Shown: in pieces, positions 1 to 8,211 of the stretch | How positions within the stretch are numbered: the stretch's first letter is position 1 | Layout of the letters: each line of letters starts with the position of its first letter | Assembly (NCBI GenBank): GCA_045129715.1 | Contig: JBGVKA010000070.1 | Coordinates: forward strand, 1-32,970 | Source: Eubacteriales bacterium | GTDB taxonomy: Bacteria; Bacillota; Clostridia; Oscillospirales; CAG-272 | DNA: 32,970 nucleotides | Reading direction: 5' to 3' | Notes under the pieces: model-generated | What the model was told of the DNA's origin: nothing | Databases searched by the model: none | Seen by the model: the letters and a program-made list of their open reading frames with translations, nothing else | Program-made: the position numbers and the translations under genes

Positions 1-160
1 CACTCCCGTGTCGTGAGCTGTTTGCTATTCGTCGGTCGGACACGACGAATGACGCAATATACCGCGAGCGGTATGCGCAAATCAGATTATTTAGGAACAA
101 TCCAATCCCTTTGCCAACTCGCGTGCGTGGGACTTCGCTTCGAAAAACGTTTATGTGCGC
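1..160 (+). other. Unidentified structured sequence, probably the 3' part of an inserted element or ncRNA (left end outside the window)
   Basis: Nested stems: 27-34/43-50 (perfect 8 bp), 59-64/69-74, 18-25/77-85 (1-nt bulge) and 4-17/118-132 (G-U rich on the + strand). Homology to the 28250 peptide gene stops abruptly at about 161. Confidence 0.4.
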
Positions 161-229
161 TCACCCGGAACCGAGACTCCTTGGTACGAGGAGAATGACG
201 GAAGCTGGGAGATCAGCGCAAAGGCGTAA
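161..229 (+). pseudogene. 3' half of a small peptide gene paralogous to 28250..28384 (SPGTETPWYEENDGSWEISAKA*), leader half missing or interrupted
   Basis: 16/22 aa identical to the C-terminus of the 28250 peptide, with synonymous changes (gga/ggt, gag/gaa, act/aca, atc/ata, agc/agt). The upstream frame does not encode the leader and has a TAG at 92-94. Confidence 0.7.
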
Positions 230-325
230 GGCTTTGCGCGGTGAGATCCATTTCTGTGAAATGGAATAGATCCAAACAGGTTTGGATGAAATCGCTATGC
301 GATGAAATCCCGCTTTGCAGGATTT
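216..325 (+). repeat. Five-hairpin array, copy A (paralog of 28371..28477)
   Basis: Stems at 216-239, 247-265, 270-287, 291-303 and about 305-325, joined by TGAGATC/TAGATC/TGAAATC linkers. Confidence 0.8.
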
Positions 326-335
326 TATGAAAACG

Positions 336-372
336 AAGGGCTTAGCCAAAGAGAATCGGCTAAGCCCTTTTT
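336..372 (+). terminator. Rho-independent terminator, possibly bidirectional
   Basis: AAGGGCTTAGCC (336-347) / GGCTAAGCCCTT (358-369) followed by a T-run. Confidence 0.85.
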
Positions 373-467
373 GATTTGTCATAATATACGGAAAAACTTT
401 TCCGCCCTTTTGTGTTGATTTTATATAGTAAAAGCAGTAACTTGTAAACAGCTTGAAAATGGTTCTT

Positions 468-653
468 TTAGCGTTTTTTCTTTTTATCAATGATGAAACA
501 AATAATATCAACAATAAGTACCACAATATTGACAATCAAAAAGACAGTAAATATTGTCTTAGAGTGCTGCAACATAGATATAGCAGACCAATAAATTGCA
601 CCTATAACGGTTATAATGCAAACAATCCAAAAGAAATTTTTATTCTCTCCCAT
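468..653 (-). CDS. Small two-TM membrane protein (61 aa), hypothetical
   Basis: RBS AAAGGAG upstream of the ATG, two hydrophobic segments and a basic KKKKR tail. Confidence 0.7.
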   Translation of the reverse strand: MGENKNFFWIVCIITVIGAIYWSAISMLQHSKTIFTVFLIVNIVVLIVDIICFIIDKKKKR

Positions 654-664
654 AGTCTACTCCT

Positions 665-763
665 TTACCCGAAAAAGCGCATAAACAACATCGCCATAAC
701 AGTAAACATCGAAACAAGTGTAGCTAACATAGCAACAATAACGTGAACATCTGCTTTTTTCAT
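665..763 (-). CDS. Small single-TM peptide (32 aa, MKKADVHVIVAMLATLVSMFTVMAMLFMRFFG), not in the ORF track
   Basis: GAAAGGCGG RBS 7 nt upstream of the ATG. Its stop overlaps the RBS of the 61-aa gene, and a promoter lies directly upstream. Confidence 0.6.
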   Translation of the reverse strand: MKKADVHVIVAMLATLVSMFTVMAMLFMRFFG

Positions 764-793
764 AATAATACCGCCTTTCGTGTTGTTAGGTTA

Positions 794-822
794 ATTATAC
801 CACAAAACCTCTCACCTTTCAA
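794..822 (-). promoter_or_regulatory. Sigma-A promoter for the two small membrane ORFs
   Basis: TTGAAA-17bp-TATAAT with extended -10 TG. Confidence 0.7.
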
Positions 823-825
823 CCT

Positions 826-863
826 ATAAAATAAAAATGCTTTTCGACCAACGGGCGAAAAGC
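826..863 (-). terminator. Terminator-like hairpin downstream of the tRNA
   Basis: Minus strand GCTTTTCGCCC-GTT-GGTCGAAAAGC followed by ATTTTTATTTT. Confidence 0.55.
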
Positions 864-960
864 TACCTTACCTTTTCACTATTCACTCTTACCTATTACT
901 TTCCAAAAAATCCGTACACGCCGAATTAGTGAAAAGTGAAGAGTGAAAAGTGAAAAAGTA
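863..960. repeat. Degenerate heptamer repeats (AGTGAAA/AGTGAAG/AGTGAAT) in two oppositely oriented blocks
   Basis: TTTTCACTATTCACTCTTAC at 873-892 and AGTGAAAAGTGAAGAGTGAAAAGTGAAAAAGT at about 928-959. Confidence 0.7.
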
Positions 961-994
961 AAAAATTCCGCACACTTGCGTGTACGGAATTTTT
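961..994 (-). terminator. tRNA terminator
   Basis: Minus strand AAAAATTCCGTACAC-GCAA-GTGTGCGGAATTTTT immediately after the CCA end. Confidence 0.75.
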
Positions 995-1068
995 TGGAGG
1001 TTCCACCCAGATTTGAACTGGGGATAGAGGTGTTGCAGACCTTTGCCTTACCACTTGGCTATGGAACC
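995..1068 (-). tRNA. tRNA-Cys (GCA)
   Basis: Reverse complement GGTTCCATAGCCAAGTGGTAAGGCAAAGGTCTGCAACACCTCTATCCCCAGTTCAAATCTGGGTGGAACCTCCA: 7-bp acceptor stem, D-loop GG, CT-GCA-AC anticodon loop, TTCAAAT T-loop, U discriminator and encoded CCA. Confidence 0.97.
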
Positions 1069-1080
1069 GAATGCCCATAT

Positions 1081-1109
1081 ATTATATCAAAGCAAAAACG
1101 GTTTGTCAA
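1081..1109 (-). promoter_or_regulatory. Consensus sigma-A promoter of tRNA-Cys
   Basis: TTGACA-17bp-TATAAT with extended TG. Confidence 0.85.
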
Positions 1110-1171
1110 GTCTTTTTGCAAAGTTTATTTAAACTTTTTTCGTTTCATTCCTTTTCTTTTTGTATCCCGGG

Positions 1172-1259
1172 TTGCAAATCGGGTATTTTTATGCTATAAT
1201 TAAAAGCCGTGTGTTAATAGCGTTTTTCTATTTACAAAATTCGTTTTTTGTGGTAGAAT
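1172..1259 (+). promoter_or_regulatory. Two tandem sigma-A promoters for the DUF3737 gene
   Basis: TTGCAA-17-TATAAT (1172-1200) and TTTACA-17-TAGAAT (1231-1259), both with extended TG. Confidence 0.6.
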
Positions 1260-1295
1260 TGTAGCGTATATATGATAAAAAGCATAGGAAAAGAA

Positions 1296-2141
1296 ATGAA
1301 AGAAATTAGAAACCAAGTTTTTGATAGCGAAAGAGCGTTGTACGGAAGCGTTGGACTTAGCGTTATTGATTGCCGATTTGAAGGCGAGGGGGACGGTGAG
1401 AGCGCGCTTAAGGAGAGCCGCGACGTTAGTGTCAGCGGTTGCTTTTTCGATTTGAGATACCCCTTCTGGCACGACGAGGGGCTTGCCGTTCTTAATAGCG
1501 AGCTCAGTGAAAATTGCCGTGCGCCGTTTTGGTATTCGCGCGGAATAAAAATAGAAAATTCGAAGCTTCACGGAGTGAAGGCTCTTCGCGAATGCGGTGA
1601 GGTCGAGATATCGGGCTGTGATATCGTTTCCACCGAGTTTGGTTGGTCTGTTGACGGTATCCGTATGACCGATACCACCGCTGTGGGCGAGTATTTTATG
1701 ATGCGCTCGTCGGGACTTCAATTTTCCGGCGTAGAGCTTTCGGGCAAATATTCCTTCCAATACGTGACGGATGCGGTCTTTGAGGGGTGCGTTTTTAATA
1801 CCAAGGATGCGTTCTGGCACGCGAAAAACGTTACCGTCAGAAACTCCGTCGTAAACGGAGAATATCTCGCTTGGTATGCCGAGAATATTACGTTTGAAAA
1901 CTGTAAGATCTCGGGCACTCAGCCCTTCTGCTACTGCCGTGGTCTTAAGCTTATAAGCTGCGAAATGACAGGTGCCGATTTCAGCTTCGAAAAATCCGAG
2001 GTAGAGGCAACTCTGACGACTCCGATCATAAGCATTAAAAATCCGAGGAGCGGTTATATCACGCTACCCTCGGCAGAGGAGATAATAATCGACGAGCCTA
2101 CGACTTGTATAATAACCGAGACGGAAAAGGCGTTGGTTTAA
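1296..2141 (+). CDS. DUF3737 family protein (beta-helix-like repeats)
   Basis: Motifs ERALY, DGESALKE, LRYPFWH, GKYSFQY, TKDAFWH, GEYLAW and GTQPFCY. Start placed at MKEI; 1272 is an alternative. Confidence 0.85.
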   Translation: MKEIRNQVFDSERALYGSVGLSVIDCRFEGEGDGESALKESRDVSVSGCFFDLRYPFWHDEGLAVLNSELSENCRAPFWYSRGIKIENSKLHGVKALRECGEVEISGCDIVSTEFGWSVDGIRMTDTTAVGEYFMMRSSGLQFSGVELSGKYSFQYVTDAVFEGCVFNTKDAFWHAKNVTVRNSVVNGEYLAWYAENITFENCKISGTQPFCYCRGLKLISCEMTGADFSFEKSEVEATLTTPIISIKNPRSGYITLPSAEEIIIDEPTTCIITETEKALV

Positions 2142-2173
2142 CCTTGCGAGCTTCGGCGTTCAATTTAATAAGT

Positions 2174-2231
2174 AAAACGGAGAGCGTTTAGCTCGTGTCC
2201 GACTTGGCACGGGGCTATGCTCTCCGTTTTT
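2174..2231. terminator. Long bidirectional terminator hairpin between convergent genes
   Basis: AAAACGGAGAGC ... GCTCTCCGTTTT with an inner stem and A/T tails on both sides. Confidence 0.8.
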
Positions 2232-2255
2232 ATTGTATTTTTTTTGAAATTTGCG

Positions 2256-4067
2256 TTATACGAGCGGAAGCTCGGTCATTCTGAGCTTTGCCGCGCCGTA
2301 TGGGTAAAGCTCTATTTCCTCTTCTTCGCCGAGGGGCTCTCTTGATTCGGGGATCTTCGCGCATACGGTCTCAAAGCCATCCTCAAGGCCCCAATTGATC
2401 CTTTTGACTTTCGCTTTTACCGCGACGGGCGGATTCTCGGAGCTAAAGGGAATATCCGAGATCTCGCGAGCTTCAAGCGAAAGCTCACGCGAGGAGTATG
2501 CGTAGCTCCAATCGGATACGGGGATATACTCATAGTCGCAATAGGGGAATTTCCTTTCAATGCCCTTGGCGGTGTATTCGTGCATCCTCTTTTCGTATTT
2601 GATGGGAAGAGAGAAGACGAGCGAGCCGCATTTTACGGTCTTGAGATCGTTCGGGCGGTCAATAAGCTCGGGTGCGGTCTTAAAGGAGAGCGTTATCACG
2701 GTGCTTTCGCCCTTCGGAATACGGAAGGAAAGCGAGGCGGTTTTTTCGCGAGGCATACCGCAAACGGTAAGTTCTTTCGCAAACGAGGGGATATTCACAC
2801 GAAGCGTGATATCCTTTTTTGATTCGACCGTATAGGTGAAGGTGTTTTCGAAGGGGTAGCTCGTTTCAAGTCTGATCGAAAGCTCGCTTGTCGTCAGTGA
2901 CGAGGGGATAGGAACTGCGGATACGATCTCCTCACCGTTATACATAAACGTAGAGAGCGCGAGCTTTGGCCATCCCTGATTGAAATTCGCTGTGCAGCAT
3001 CCGAAATGCGGCTCAAGTCCGAAGAGGTGCGCCTCGTTGTTGTTGGTTCTGAATATCGACCTTCCTGGGAGCTTTTGGCAGGCGATCTGATTACTCATCT
3101 GAACGTATTGGTGAGCCCACATATCGTCACTTATCGTCGCAGGAAGGGCGTTGAAGGCGAGCGTTTCAAGTCTCTCTATCCATTTTGCATCACCCGTTGC
3201 GGCAAAAAGGTGCTCATATGAATACATCTGCTCGGTTACCGCGCAAAGCTCGGTGCCTTGAATGGGGCTGAGTCCCGAAAGGCACTCGTCACCCGTGAAA
3301 AGACCGACGGCGGTGCCGTTGTGATTTTTTAGTATACTGCCGAGCCTTTCAGCCGCGTCGGTGTAAGTCTCTCCGAGGATATCCGAGGATACCGCTTCGT
3401 ATTTGAGCATCATCACGAGGTTAACTATATGAGTGTCAAGAGTCCATTTGTTGAGAGGTCTTTTCCAAAGGTCAGTGATGCCGTTGTAATCCACGCCCTG
3501 CTCTTTAAGGATTCTCGCAAGATCGGTTATCCAAGGCTCGTTGAATCTTCTGTTCAAGAAATCTATAGCAATGAATCCCTCAAACCAACGGTATTTGCCC
3601 CAAGCGAAAAGCTTGACGGTGCCATTGGTGAGAAGCTCGTAGTAATTCTTCATTACTCGGTAAAGAACGTCGGGGATCCTCTCATCAGCGGAGCAATCGT
3701 AATAAACGGTGAGCACCTTCGATATAAGCAGGATAGCCCAAGTGTCGTAGGTGGGGATCTTTTCGTCGGGGCAGGGGCAGATCCAACCGCTCGGCTTCTG
3801 ATAAGAGAGGATAGCGTCTATATATTTCTTCGCTCTTGCGATCATATCCTCGTTTTCGAGGAGGTATGCGAGAGGGATAAAGCCGTCGAGCCAATAGGGA
3901 ACTCTTTCCCAGCCTTCAGCATCTCCGCCTATCCAGGCACTGTCACGAACGTCGCGCCAGACCTTGTCGAGACTTCCACTGAGTCCCTTCGCCTGTATTT
4001 CAAGCTGACGCTTGAGCCAACCCTGAGGCTTTATTTCCTTTGACGTGTAAAAATTCCAAGTGCGCAT
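2256..4067 (-). CDS. Beta-L-arabinofuranosidase-like glycoside hydrolase (GH127/GH146 type, DUF1680)
   Basis: IKPQGWLKRQL, WERVPYWLDG, GTELCAV, ERLETLAFNALP and CCTANFNQGWPK motifs. No signal peptide. Confidence 0.85.
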   Translation of the reverse strand: MRTWNFYTSKEIKPQGWLKRQLEIQAKGLSGSLDKVWRDVRDSAWIGGDAEGWERVPYWLDGFIPLAYLLENEDMIARAKKYIDAILSYQKPSGWICPCPDEKIPTYDTWAILLISKVLTVYYDCSADERIPDVLYRVMKNYYELLTNGTVKLFAWGKYRWFEGFIAIDFLNRRFNEPWITDLARILKEQGVDYNGITDLWKRPLNKWTLDTHIVNLVMMLKYEAVSSDILGETYTDAAERLGSILKNHNGTAVGLFTGDECLSGLSPIQGTELCAVTEQMYSYEHLFAATGDAKWIERLETLAFNALPATISDDMWAHQYVQMSNQIACQKLPGRSIFRTNNNEAHLFGLEPHFGCCTANFNQGWPKLALSTFMYNGEEIVSAVPIPSSLTTSELSIRLETSYPFENTFTYTVESKKDITLRVNIPSFAKELTVCGMPREKTASLSFRIPKGESTVITLSFKTAPELIDRPNDLKTVKCGSLVFSLPIKYEKRMHEYTAKGIERKFPYCDYEYIPVSDWSYAYSSRELSLEAREISDIPFSSENPPVAVKAKVKRINWGLEDGFETVCAKIPESREPLGEEEEIELYPYGAAKLRMTELPLV

Positions 4068-4237
4068 TTTTCGTCTCCAAACGCTTGCTTTTTAAGTTTT
4101 TTCGGGCGTTTTTGGGGTGAACCTCAAACGGCTCGCACACCCTATCCGCCACGGGTTTATTATAGCACAAAGAAAAAGGAAACTCAATGCTTTTTTGAAA
4201 TTGAGCTTCCTTTTTATATAAATATTACGTTTTAAAA

Positions 4238-5035
4238 TTACTTGGTTGCGGCTTCCTTGATTGCCTTGTTTGCGGTCATTTTAGCCATTATCTTTATCCA
4301 GCCGAAGTAGATGCCGTAGACACAGAGCACCGTGCCGTAGATAGCCGCGATGGAGAGGAAGGGCATAACGTAGGGAGAGATACCGAAGGTTGAGCCGGTG
4401 AGGAAGAGCCAATCGTAGTGGTGGTTTCCGTCTCCGCCTGCATAAGAGGTGTTGTAAGCAAAATTGCCTAAGGTCGCCCATACCGCGAGGATCGCGAGAA
4501 GAACGAGGGGCTTATAGCAATTCTTGAACTTGGGAGTGAATTTACCCGATGCGATAGCGCATATAGACCATGCCAAGAGTATACCGTGGAAAACGAAGGT
4601 CTGGAGTATTTTGTAGCAGAAGGGAGATATCTCACCGATCGCACTGCCGGGATATACGAGGTACATAAGAGGTGCCGCTACTGCAAGGAACGCTACGGGC
4701 TCTATGAATTTTTCGAACTTCTTGTTGAACTGAACGAATGCAACGATAGGACAAAGCACGGTGCACAAATGGAAGGGGAGCTTGTCAATGTTCATCGTAA
4801 AGTCGCTTGAAACGAAGGGCTGAAGGAATATATCGGCAACGTAAACGGCAATGAGCGCGTATGCGAGCTTACGGAGTACCGATTCGCTTTTTTCGGAATG
4901 CTTTCTGATGTAGAATGCAAGTCCTATCGAAAGAGCTAAAATAATTACGAGATACAAAATGTGGAATACGTTTAAAAATGCGATCTCAAAGGGTTCTTCC
5001 TTTTTTTCCAAGAGATTAATTAAAAAGTTATGCAT
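4238..5035 (-). CDS. YwaF/TMEM164 (TP0381-like) integral membrane protein
   Basis: Multiple TM helices, N-terminal FH, LPFHLC motif and FVFHG. Confidence 0.8.
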   Translation of the reverse strand: MHNFLINLLEKKEEPFEIAFLNVFHILYLVIILALSIGLAFYIRKHSEKSESVLRKLAYALIAVYVADIFLQPFVSSDFTMNIDKLPFHLCTVLCPIVAFVQFNKKFEKFIEPVAFLAVAAPLMYLVYPGSAIGEISPFCYKILQTFVFHGILLAWSICAIASGKFTPKFKNCYKPLVLLAILAVWATLGNFAYNTSYAGGDGNHHYDWLFLTGSTFGISPYVMPFLSIAAIYGTVLCVYGIYFGWIKIMAKMTANKAIKEAATK

Positions 5036-5097
5036 TGTGCTTCTCCTTTTATTTCTTTATTTTTATCGTTTATGCTTATACGTTTTTGAGCGAAGTC

Positions 5098-5877
5098 TTA
5101 TTCGGTGACCTCGGAGTCGGCCTTCTCCTCCTCGGAGAATCTCGCCTTAAGGAGCGAATACCATCTTTCCTCCTTCGGAAGCGCGAGGGCTTCGTAGGTA
5201 GCGGTGATGGCGAATGCTACGATAACTCCCATAAGTCCCATAACGGGGGTGATGAGCCAAGGCATATCGGCAAAGGGTGCTTCAAGAAGGTACATAGAGT
5301 TGCAGGGCTCAAGACCGCATATAGCGTAGAGCGTGTTGATGATCGTTCCGTCGACGTAGAATATCAAAAGTCCGATAACGACCGAGATAACGTTCTTAAC
5401 GCGGATCTTAACGTATCCCGCAACGAGAAGATATATAATTCCTATAAGCATCGTGGAATGGCTGAGAAGTCCCTTTAAAACGTCGTAGTCGAGAAGGCTC
5501 GGCGTTGCATCGTAGTTGGCGTTAAGAATGATTCCGATCGATCCGCAGACCGTACCGCCAAGCACGAGAAATTCACTGAGAACGCGGAATACCGGACCGT
5601 TTTTGTTCTTCATAAACGCTACCGCAACGAGAAGCCACATACAAACGTTGCACGGATGTATCGGGAAGAGCATCGGGCTTTCAACCTCGGCGGTGTTATC
5701 TCTGAGATAATCTACCCAGAGCGAGCTGTAATGGATAATTACGGTGATGATCGCGAAGAATTTCAAGCCTGCGGCCTTTTTTCCCTCGGTCTTGAAATAC
5801 TTGTGCATCAGATAAAGCAGTGCGGCACTTACAAGTGCCGATATTACCATATATAGAATATGAGTTAAATCAAACAT
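5098..5877 (-). CDS. YwaF/TMEM164 (TP0381-like) integral membrane protein
   Basis: Multiple TM helices, FPIHPCN motif, LLSHS and NSMYL. GGAGG RBS and a TTGATT-17-TACAAT promoter at 5907-5935. Confidence 0.75.
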   Translation of the reverse strand: MFDLTHILYMVISALVSAALLYLMHKYFKTEGKKAAGLKFFAIITVIIHYSSLWVDYLRDNTAEVESPMLFPIHPCNVCMWLLVAVAFMKNKNGPVFRVLSEFLVLGGTVCGSIGIILNANYDATPSLLDYDVLKGLLSHSTMLIGIIYLLVAGYVKIRVKNVISVVIGLLIFYVDGTIINTLYAICGLEPCNSMYLLEAPFADMPWLITPVMGLMGVIVAFAITATYEALALPKEERWYSLLKARFSEEEKADSEVTE

Positions 5878-6057
5878 AAAAGTATAGTTCCTCCGTTGAC
5901 ATTAGCATTGTATCAAAAAATGTTTTAAAAATCAACAAAAAATGACACTTTTATTTATTAATTATTATTAAATGCCCTTTAATAATATGCGTTTTCGGAG
6001 CTTTAGTTGTCGCTTTTTGGGTATGCGAGAGGGAAAGAAACGGCTTTTTCGGGATAT

Positions 6058-6093
6058 AAAAAAGATCGCGAAAAAGCTTCCGCGATCTTTTTT
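6058..6093 (-). terminator. Terminator of the GH2 gene
   Basis: AAAAAAGATCGCG / CGCGATCTTTTTT inverted repeat. Confidence 0.8.
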
Positions 6094-6155
6094 ATGTATT
6101 TATCCGGTACGCAGTGTGCGTTTAACTGATACGCAGTAACGTAGGAGCTATGCTA

Positions 6156-7904
6156 TCAATCCTCGATAGCCGCCTTCTTCTTGTTGACCTTGCTGATTAT
6201 CTCCATATCGAACTTGGGCTTTCTCGTTTCGAACTCGAAAAGACCGTTGACCTCCTGCTCAACGTCGGTGAGCTGGGTGTAGCAGAAGCCGAAGATCTTG
6301 GGGTTATCAAGCATAGCGGTGGTGAGTCCGTCGTATCTTGCGTAGAACTCCTCGTAGCTTGAGGGAGCCTGACCGTAGCTCCAAGCCTTCTTGCTGTCGT
6401 TCTTCATAGCCGCGCTGAGATCAAGACCGATTCCTCCGTACTCGGAGATGAAGAAGGGCTCACCGCGCCAGGTCTGTCTGTCAAGGTATGCTCTCGCACC
6501 CACAAGCTTGTTTTCCTTGTAGATCGTGTCGTATCTCTCCTTGAAGGTCTCGGGGTTCTGATCGTAGTCGTGAAGATCGAAAATATCGGTGATAACGTGG
6601 AAGTTTCCGCTCGTATCGATGCAGGGACGGGTGGGATCGAGACGCTTGGTCTCCTCGTAAACTATACGGAGGAGGGAGTTGTCCTGACGCTTTTTCTGAT
6701 TACCGAAGTCCCAGGTCTCGTTGAAGGGGCACCAGCCTATGATGGAGGGATGGTTATAGTCGCGCTTTACGGAGCTGAGCCAGTCGGGAAGGAAGGTCGC
6801 AAGGTTTGCGATGTTGGAGTGATCAAGTCCCCAGTTTCCGTACTCTCCCCATACCATATATCCCATCTTATCGGCGTGATAGAGGAAGAGGGGCTCGAAT
6901 ACCTTCTCGTGAAGTCTTGCACCGTTGAAGCCTGCCGCAAGGGAGCACTCAATGTCCTTAACGAGAGCCGCCTCGGAGGGCGCGGTCCAAACGCCGTCGT
7001 GATAATATCCCTGATCGAGAACGAGTCTCTGAAATACGCTTCTGCCGTTGAGAAGGAACTTGCCGTCCTTCATCTCAATGTGACGCAGACCAAAGTAGCT
7101 CGTTACAACGTCCTCACCAAAGGTGAACTTAACGTCGTAGAGATTGCCCTGTCCGAGATCCCAAAGGTGAGTCTCGGAGAGCTGTACCTCAAGGTTTCCG
7201 GTAACGGAAAGATTGTTTTTCTTAGCCTCGCCGACCTTCTTGCCCTCGTAGAATACCTCTGCGGTAAGGTCGCCCGAGCCAACGAGCTCAAGGCTTACGG
7301 AAACGGAGGAGTTGTTAGCGTCGGGAGTGATGCGAGCGTACTTGATATAGCTTTCGGGAACGGACTCGTACCAAACGGTCTGCCAAATACCCGTGGTTCT
7401 CGTATAGCAGCAGCCAACGGAATAGAATTTCTTGGACTGCTTTCCGAGTCCCTGCTTGGTGGAGAGGGTGTCGTCAAAGCAACGGATGGTTATATCGTTT
7501 TCGCCTGCGACGAGAAGCTTCGTAATATCGTATTCGAAGGAAACGAAGCCGCCAACGTGGGGAAGACCTGCCTCAACGCCGTTTACGTAAACGGTGGTCT
7601 CAAAGTCTGCCGCACCGACGTGGAAGATTATTCTTCTTCCCTTAAGCTCCTCCTCGGTGAAGGTGAGAACCTTCTTGTACCATACCTGAAGCATAAAGTC
7701 CTTTTCTCCAACTCCCGAGAGCGAGCTTTCGGGACAGAAGGGAACGTTTATCTTAAGGGGGAGCTCCTTAGCCTTATGAAGATTTCTGTCAAATCCGCTT
7801 GCGGACTTGTCTATTTCAAACATCCATTCGCCGTTAAGATTGACGAAGGATTCTCTTTTCCATTGGGGATTCGGATGCTCGGGACGGGGGATTGTGTTAA
7901 ACAT
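6156..7904 (-). CDS. Glycoside hydrolase family 2 (beta-galactosidase/glucuronidase-like)
   Basis: PRPEHPNPQ, NLNGEW, INVPFCPES, TGIWQTVW, LVLDQGY, NHPSIIGWCPFNETW (acid/base Glu), SEYGG (nucleophile) and CYTQLTDVEQE. Confidence 0.92.
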   Translation of the reverse strand: MFNTIPRPEHPNPQWKRESFVNLNGEWMFEIDKSASGFDRNLHKAKELPLKINVPFCPESSLSGVGEKDFMLQVWYKKVLTFTEEELKGRRIIFHVGAADFETTVYVNGVEAGLPHVGGFVSFEYDITKLLVAGENDITIRCFDDTLSTKQGLGKQSKKFYSVGCCYTRTTGIWQTVWYESVPESYIKYARITPDANNSSVSVSLELVGSGDLTAEVFYEGKKVGEAKKNNLSVTGNLEVQLSETHLWDLGQGNLYDVKFTFGEDVVTSYFGLRHIEMKDGKFLLNGRSVFQRLVLDQGYYHDGVWTAPSEAALVKDIECSLAAGFNGARLHEKVFEPLFLYHADKMGYMVWGEYGNWGLDHSNIANLATFLPDWLSSVKRDYNHPSIIGWCPFNETWDFGNQKKRQDNSLLRIVYEETKRLDPTRPCIDTSGNFHVITDIFDLHDYDQNPETFKERYDTIYKENKLVGARAYLDRQTWRGEPFFISEYGGIGLDLSAAMKNDSKKAWSYGQAPSSYEEFYARYDGLTTAMLDNPKIFGFCYTQLTDVEQEVNGLFEFETRKPKFDMEIISKVNKKKAAIED

Positions 7905-7946
7905 TGACGAGGTTCTCCTTGTAAAATGAAATATTTTAAATTAGTG

Positions 7947-8047
7947 TTGATATTTGTTTTGCGGTGTAGTATAATATAGCTGTGCCGAACGCACGCCGCG
8001 AACGGTCACTCTTCTTATATTATAACAACAATTTACGGTAAATGCAA
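7947..8047. promoter_or_regulatory. Face-to-face sigma-A promoters between GH2 and the acetyltransferase
   Basis: Plus strand TTGATA(7947)-17-TATAAT(7970-7975); minus strand TTGCAT(8047-8042)-17-TATAAT(8024-8019). Confidence 0.55.
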
Positions 8048-8211
8048 TACGTATTTTGCTTTTTATAATAATTCGTATAGGTATATGATAGCATAAAATC
8101 TCGCACCGCGTATGACATCTTATACCGAGTTGTATGACAAAAGGTTACCTTTTTGTCTCTATTTATGATTTTTGGCAGGAGCACCCTTCGTGCGCTCCGA
8201 GGAGTTTTATT

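Noticed and set aside
66-90. GAGCGGTATGCG as group II intron domain V
   Set aside because: The complementary 3' arm (..CGTACGGTTC) and domain VI are missing, and the segment is used in a local hairpin.
13-198. 61-aa ORF at the window start (and 161..535, 453..746)
   Set aside because: No clear RBS. The conserved peptide is in a different frame, and the other two overlap better-supported features.
161-229. Peptide copies as a DGR template/variable repeat pair
   Set aside because: Differences are not adenine-specific (ccc/tca, tgg/cct) and no reverse transcriptase is in the window.
216-372. Hairpin array as a CRISPR array
   Set aside because: Units are 13-26 nt hairpins with differing sequences and very short linkers. 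There are no identical repeats with unique spacers and no cas genes in the window.
373-998. Prophage or integrative element at tRNA-Cys
   Set aside because: No integrase and no direct repeat of the tRNA 3' end in the window; the only duplicate is inverted.
943-1203. 86-aa ORF on the + strand
   Set aside because: It overlaps tRNA-Cys, its promoter and its terminator in antisense.
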